DNA of 60,438 nt from Acidimicrobiia bacterium (GTDB lineage: Bacteria; Actinomycetota; Acidimicrobiia; Spongiisociales; UBA11373): assembly GCA_035286665.1 (NCBI GenBank), contig DATECY010000087.1, forward strand, positions 1 to 60,438, given 5' to 3'. Both the position numbers and the translations under genes were made by a program. Positions 55,921 to 60,438 of this stretch are shown piece after piece (the first letter of the stretch is position 1; the number at the start of each line of letters is the position of its first letter). The notes under the pieces are model-generated. The model searched no databases, had not been told where the DNA came from, and saw nothing but the letters and a program-made list of their open reading frames with translations.

Positions 55921-56457
55921 TTACTCCTTCACCAGCCTCGTCACCTCTGCGTCGCCGTAGCGCCGCCTGTCCACAACCTCCAGCCCCGGCGGCGGAGCGA
56001 CCTCACCGCTGCCGGCCCTGCGGTGCAGGACGACGACCGCCCCGTCGGCGAGACGCCGCGCCAGCAGGCCGAGAACGTGTTCCACGGACGGTAGCGCCAG
56101 TGCGTACGGAGGGTCAACGAACGCCACGCCCACCTTCGGTCCGGGGCGCTCCAGGTACTCCTCCACCCGCATCGCCACCACGTCGCCGTCGAGACCGAGA
56201 GCCGTCAGGTTGTCTTTGAGAACGACGCGCGCCTCCCGACTCCACTCGACGAAGGTGGCCGACGCCGCGCCACGGCTCAGCGCCTCCAACCCGAGGCTCC
56301 CCGATCCGGCATACAGGTCCAGAACCACCGCGTCGTCGATGGCAGCACCCAGACTCGAGAACACCGCCTCCTTCACCCTGTCCATCATCGGCCGGGTCTC
56401 CAGCCCCTTGGGGCTCTTCAGACGCCGCCCCCGCGCCGACCCGGCGACGATCCTCAT
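55921..56457 (-). CDS. rsmD: 16S rRNA (guanine966-N2)-methyltransferase
   Basis: MRIVAGSARGRRL start, VLDLYAGSGSLGLEALSRGA, FVDPPY. ATGA overlap with the recG stop. Confidence 0.9.
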   Translation of the reverse strand: MRIVAGSARGRRLKSPKGLETRPMMDRVKEAVFSSLGAAIDDAVVLDLYAGSGSLGLEALSRGAASATFVEWSREARVVLKDNLTALGLDGDVVAMRVEEYLERPGPKVGVAFVDPPYALALPSVEHVLGLLARRLADGAVVVLHRRAGSGEVAPPPGLEVVDRRRYGDAEVTRLVKE

Positions 56458-58535
56458 GAGATGAACAGCCATTCCGCGGCTTCGCCGAGGAGTGCCCTGA
56501 TCTCCTCGGCGAGCGCAGGATGACCGGCCAGGTCGGGATCGCCGGCGACGAGTTCGAAGGCCTCGCGCCGCGCCGTGATGAGAACGGCGACATCACGGAG
56601 CACGTCGGCCATACGGAGATCCGCCAGGCCCGCCTGCTTGGCACCGAACACCGTACCTTGACCCCGTATGCGCAGGTCCTCCTCGGCGAGCCGGAATCCG
56701 TCGTTGGTCGAGGCCATCGCCTCCAGTCGTGCCTCGCCTTCGGGCGTCGTGGGATCGGCGATGAGAATGCACCACGACTCGTGGCTCCCCCTTCCCACCC
56801 GGCCACGGAGTTGATGGAGTTGGCTGAGCCCGAATCGGTCGGCATCCTCGATGATCATCACGGTGGCGTTGGGGAGGTCGATTCCCACCTCGATGACCGT
56901 CGTCGCCACCAGCAGGTCGATCTCCCCGGCGCGCATGGCGGTCATCACCGACTCCTTGTCGGACGAGCGCATCTGGCCGTGGAGGAGCCCGACGCGAAGG
57001 TCGGGGAAGACCGATTGGAGCCGCTGGTACTCGGCCGTGGCCGACGCCGCCTCCAGCTTGTCCGAGTCCTCGACGAGCGGGCACACCACGAACGCCTGCC
57101 GGCCGGCGGCGACCTCTGATCGAACCAAGCGGTACGCCGCCTCGAGCGATGGCACGTCGGGCTTGACGACCCTGGTGGCCACCGGAATACGGCCCTTGGG
57201 CATCTCGTCGAGCATGGTGACGTCGAGGTCCCCGTAGAGCGTCATGGCGAGAGTTCGCGGGATCGGGGTGGCGGTCATGATGAGCAGGTCTGGCTCGGGG
57301 CCCGATGCCTTCTCCTTCAGGCTGATGCGCTGATGTACTCCGAACCGGTGCTGTTCGTCGACCACGGCGACACCGAGCCGGGCGAAATGCACCCCCTCCT
57401 GAATGAGGGCATGAGTGCCGACGACCACGTCGACGGTCCCGTCGGCGACCGCCGCCAGCACCCCGGCGCGGTCCGCCGACGAACCGGTGAGGAGCGCCAT
57501 CCTCACACCGACCAGTGCGGCGAGTGGTTCGAGCCCCAGGTAATGCTGTTCGGCGAGCACTTCCGTCGGTGCCATCACCGCACCCTGGTGGCCGCCCTGC
57601 ACCGCGGTGAGCAGCGCCGCCATCGCCACTGCCGTCTTGCCCGAGCCCACCTCACCCTGGAGCAGGCGGTGCATCGGGTGTGGGGAGGCCATGTCGGTCT
57701 GTACCTCACCGATGGCGCGCATCTGCGCGCCGGTGGGTGTGTAGGGAAGCGCCTCGATGAAGGCATCGACCAGGCCGCCATCGCGGCTGTGGGAGATTCC
57801 CACCGCCGCCGCGATCTGTCGGTGCTTGCGCGCGGCGAGTGCCAGCTCGAGCCGGAAGAACTCATCGAACACGAGCCGGTCGCGAGCAGGTTCGATGCGA
57901 TCGAACTCCTCGGGGAAATGGAGATCGGCCACCGCCTGATCCCGCCCGATGAGGCCGAGCCGATCCACCAGTTCCTGAGGCACCGGATCGCTGATCGGAC
58001 GAGCGCGGCCCAGCGCGTTGTGCACCGCCCGCCGCACATAGCCGGGCGCCACCCCCCCGATCGTGGGATGCACCGGCATCACCCGTCCCGTGGTGAGAGA
58101 CTCGGACGGGCGATCGAGGACATCGATGTCGGGGGCGCTCATCTGCAGCTTCCCCCGAAACCGTTCCACCTTGCCCGACAGGGCCACCTCCGAGCCTTCG
58201 ATCAGTTGACGTTCGCGGAAGGGCTGGTTGAACCACACGACCGCGATCACCCCCGACGGGTCGGACACCTTCGCCTCGACGATCGTCAGGTTGCGCCGCG
58301 GCCGGCGCAGGGACACCTTTTCGACGGTCCCGATCACGGTGACCTCTTCTCCGAGCGGCAACTCGGCGAGGGGCATCGTCCTCGAGCGATCCACATATCG
58401 ACGCGGGGCATGGAGGAGGAGATCGGCGACGCTGGTGATCCCCGCCTTGCGCAGATCGGCGCCGCGTTTCCCCGACAGCCCCTGCACCTCCTCGATGGGG
58501 ACTGCGCTGAGGTATGCCAGGGACCGCCCGGTCAC
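56454..58535 (-). CDS. recG: ATP-dependent DNA helicase RecG
   Basis: Wedge domain, GEVGSGKTAVA Walker A, DEQHRFG, and TATPIPRT motifs. GTG 58535 forms a GTGA overlap with the yloV stop. The 772-aa track ORF is over-extended. Confidence 0.94.
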   Translation of the reverse strand: MTGRSLAYLSAVPIEEVQGLSGKRGADLRKAGITSVADLLLHAPRRYVDRSRTMPLAELPLGEEVTVIGTVEKVSLRRPRRNLTIVEAKVSDPSGVIAVVWFNQPFRERQLIEGSEVALSGKVERFRGKLQMSAPDIDVLDRPSESLTTGRVMPVHPTIGGVAPGYVRRAVHNALGRARPISDPVPQELVDRLGLIGRDQAVADLHFPEEFDRIEPARDRLVFDEFFRLELALAARKHRQIAAAVGISHSRDGGLVDAFIEALPYTPTGAQMRAIGEVQTDMASPHPMHRLLQGEVGSGKTAVAMAALLTAVQGGHQGAVMAPTEVLAEQHYLGLEPLAALVGVRMALLTGSSADRAGVLAAVADGTVDVVVGTHALIQEGVHFARLGVAVVDEQHRFGVHQRISLKEKASGPEPDLLIMTATPIPRTLAMTLYGDLDVTMLDEMPKGRIPVATRVVKPDVPSLEAAYRLVRSEVAAGRQAFVVCPLVEDSDKLEAASATAEYQRLQSVFPDLRVGLLHGQMRSSDKESVMTAMRAGEIDLLVATTVIEVGIDLPNATVMIIEDADRFGLSQLHQLRGRVGRGSHESWCILIADPTTPEGEARLEAMASTNDGFRLAEEDLRIRGQGTVFGAKQAGLADLRMADVLRDVAVLITARREAFELVAGDPDLAGHPALAEEIRALLGEAAEWLFIS

Positions 58536-60166
58536 TCGACCCCGAACAGGTAGGGGTAGAGCGGCTGGCCGCCCGACACGACGCTGGCGACGAGACCTGC
58601 GCCCTCGATGTGCTCGACGATCAAGCGGGTCACCTCGGTCTCGGCGCCGTTCCCGACGAACACGGTCACCAGTTCCGCGTCGGTGTCGGCCAGTGCATCG
58701 AGCACCCCCACCGCTGCCTCGGCTGCTCCGGAAGCGACCACCGACACGTCCCCGTCGACGATCCCGAGCCAATCGCCCTCGATGATCGGCCCCGCCGGGG
58801 TCGCCGCGTCTCTGACGGCCTGAGTCACCTCACCCCATGCGCAGGCGTCTCCTGCCCGACGCATCGCGGCAACGGTGGTGGTGACGTCGGCGTCGGGGAG
58901 ATAGGCGAGCATGGCGGCGAGGCCCTCGGGCATCGATCTCGTCGGAACCACCACGACCGACTTGGCGGTGAGCGCGTCGAGCTGTTCGGCGACGGCGACG
59001 ATGTTCTTGTTGTTGGGGAGCACGATGACCGAGTCGGCTACGACGTCCTCGACGACACCGAGCAGATCGCGGACCGAGGGATTCAGCGTCTGCCCGCCGA
59101 CGACCACGCCTTGAACGCCGGCCTCGCGAAAGAGGGCCACGATTCCGGGTCCCGAGGCCACGGCCACCACTCCCACCCGGGCGGCGGCGAACGGCGCCAG
59201 AGGTTCGAACGCCGCTTCGCGGTGATGCGCCTCATCGGCGGCCTGCTCAGCAAGATCGGTGATCTTGATGCGCTCCGGAGTGCCGAATGCGATCCCGGTC
59301 TCGATCGCCGGACCGATGGCGTCCGTGTGGATGTGGCAGTTCCACACTCCGCCGCCGCCGACCACGACGATCGACTCGCCGATCGACGCCCAGGCGTCGC
59401 GGAGGCTGTCGCCGGCCGCCTCGTCGGCGGAGTGGAGCAGGAACATGACCTCGTACCGCAGGTCGGCGATCGTGTGTGCCTCGTCGACGGCCGGGACCAA
59501 CCGCGCCGTTGCCGCCGCGAAGATCGCCTCGGGAAGGGTCACGTCCTCGCCGGTGACCTCCTCGAGGAATGCCACGAGGAGCAGCAGGAAGCCGGCTCCT
59601 CCGGCGTCGACGACACCCGCTTCTTTGAGCACGGGGAGCAATTCCGGCGTGTTCACCAACGACGCCTGCGCCCGGCGGTACACCCGCTCGAGAAAGTCGG
59701 CGAGGCTCTCGCCCTCGGGGGTCTGGGTCTCGGCAGCGGCGACGGCCGCCTCACGCAACACCGTGAGGATGGTTCCCTCCACCGGCCGTCCGACCGCCTT
59801 GTCGGCGGCGATCGAGGCGCGGTCGAGGGCATCGACCAATTGGGCGGTGCCGACCGAGGATTCGTCCCTGAACGCGTCGGCGAGTCCTCGCAGGATCTGG
59901 CTGAGGATGATCCCGCTGTTGCCTTGCGCCCCCATGAGGGAACCGTGGGCGATCGCGGAGGCGAGCTGATCCATGCTTTCGGCAGCTCCGGCGGCAGCCA
60001 TCACCGACTCGACGGTGAGAGTCATGTTGGTGCCGGTGTCTCCGTCGGGCACCGGGTAGACGTTCAGCCGGTTGAGCGCCTCTTTGTACTGGCGCAGGCG
60101 GTCCAGGTACCGCTGCATCACTCGCTTGAGGTCCTGGGCTTTGAGGAGAAGGTGCGGGGTGGGCAC
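58532..60166 (-). CDS. yloV: DAK2 domain fusion protein YloV
   Basis: LNVYPVPDGDTGTNM motif about 35 aa after GTG 60166 (ATG 60118 is the alternative), plus a C-terminal DegV-like region. Confidence 0.88.
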   Translation of the reverse strand: MPTPHLLLKAQDLKRVMQRYLDRLRQYKEALNRLNVYPVPDGDTGTNMTLTVESVMAAAGAAESMDQLASAIAHGSLMGAQGNSGIILSQILRGLADAFRDESSVGTAQLVDALDRASIAADKAVGRPVEGTILTVLREAAVAAAETQTPEGESLADFLERVYRRAQASLVNTPELLPVLKEAGVVDAGGAGFLLLLVAFLEEVTGEDVTLPEAIFAAATARLVPAVDEAHTIADLRYEVMFLLHSADEAAGDSLRDAWASIGESIVVVGGGGVWNCHIHTDAIGPAIETGIAFGTPERIKITDLAEQAADEAHHREAAFEPLAPFAAARVGVVAVASGPGIVALFREAGVQGVVVGGQTLNPSVRDLLGVVEDVVADSVIVLPNNKNIVAVAEQLDALTAKSVVVVPTRSMPEGLAAMLAYLPDADVTTTVAAMRRAGDACAWGEVTQAVRDAATPAGPIIEGDWLGIVDGDVSVVASGAAEAAVGVLDALADTDAELVTVFVGNGAETEVTRLIVEHIEGAGLVASVVSGGQPLYPYLFGVE

Positions 60167-60248
60167 GGTGCCACCACTATACGGAGGACGAATCGGCGTC
60201 CTCGCGGAGGACTGGTATCCTCCAGCGCCGTTCTTCTGGAGGTTCCTC

Positions 60249-60437
60249 GTGTCGTTCAGGTGTGAGGTCTGCGGCAAGGAGCCGTGGGTCGGCAAGCAGG
60301 TTTCGTTCTCACACAAGCGCTCGTCGCGGCGCTGGCTTCCCAACATCCAACGCGTCCGGGTGGCCCACGGGAGCAATACGCGTCGCATCCACGTCTGCAC
60401 CTCCTGCATCAAGGCCGGAAAGATCATCAAGGCGTAG
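60249..60437 (+). CDS. rpmB: 50S ribosomal protein L28 (Cys-containing form)
   Basis: GTG preceded by GGAGGttcctc. VSFRCEVCGKEPWVGKQVSFSHKRSSRRWLPNIQ...CTSCIKAGKI. Confidence 0.9.
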   Translation: MSFRCEVCGKEPWVGKQVSFSHKRSSRRWLPNIQRVRVAHGSNTRRIHVCTSCIKAGKIIKA

Positions 60438-60438
60438 G

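Overview
High-GC (roughly two-thirds G+C by eye) actinobacterial-type chromosomal core region. It is almost fully coding, mostly on the minus strand, and is organised as long housekeeping operons with many 4-nt (ATGA/GTGA) or 8-nt start/stop overlaps. Reading left to right: a partial secreted alpha/beta hydrolase; ribF-truB-nrnA-rbfA-DUF503, infB-nusA-rimP, proS; an HExxH metallohydrolase (+); ispG-rseP-dxr-cdsA-frr-pyrH-tsf-rpsB; whiG-xerC-dprA-comM; a crotonase; small (+) ORFs; yraN-DUF2469-lepB-rplS-trmD. A 9.8-kb block follows (SH3 membrane protein, lipoprotein, split F420 FO synthase cofH/cofG, beta-propeller lipoprotein, a GAPDH-like paralog plus canonical gap, a T3SS-chaperone-like protein). 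This block separates trmD from rimM-KH-rpsP-ffh. Then come upp-ATL-deoA-punA and etfBA (+), a small membrane protein, cdd-ftsY-smc, and lipoprotein-mutM-rnc-plsX-rpmF-yceD-SepIVA-like-coaD-rsmD-recG-yloV, with rpmB (+) at the right edge. I recognised no rRNA, tRNA, CRISPR, transposase or prophage gene. Many long ORFs in the supplied track are antisense or 5'-extended artefacts of high GC, so starts were re-set from conserved N-termini, Shine-Dalgarno motifs and stop/start overlaps. The most unusual signal is not a gene. Seven of the intergenic spacers contain short tandem arrays of heptanucleotides (at least 14 arrays, partly sequence-related between loci). Two spacers (infB/DUF503 and ffh/upp) are built almost entirely from such arrays plus G-quadruplex-type G-tracts. 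Secondary points are a GAPDH paralog with the catalytic Cys replaced by Asn and coupled to a normal gap, a CdsA with a ~610-aa acidic Trp-punctuated N-terminal extension, a split FbiC whose CofH half has a ~250-aa extra N-terminal region, and a duplicated covarying hairpin motif. All functional calls come from by-eye motif and synteny recognition. No database search was run.
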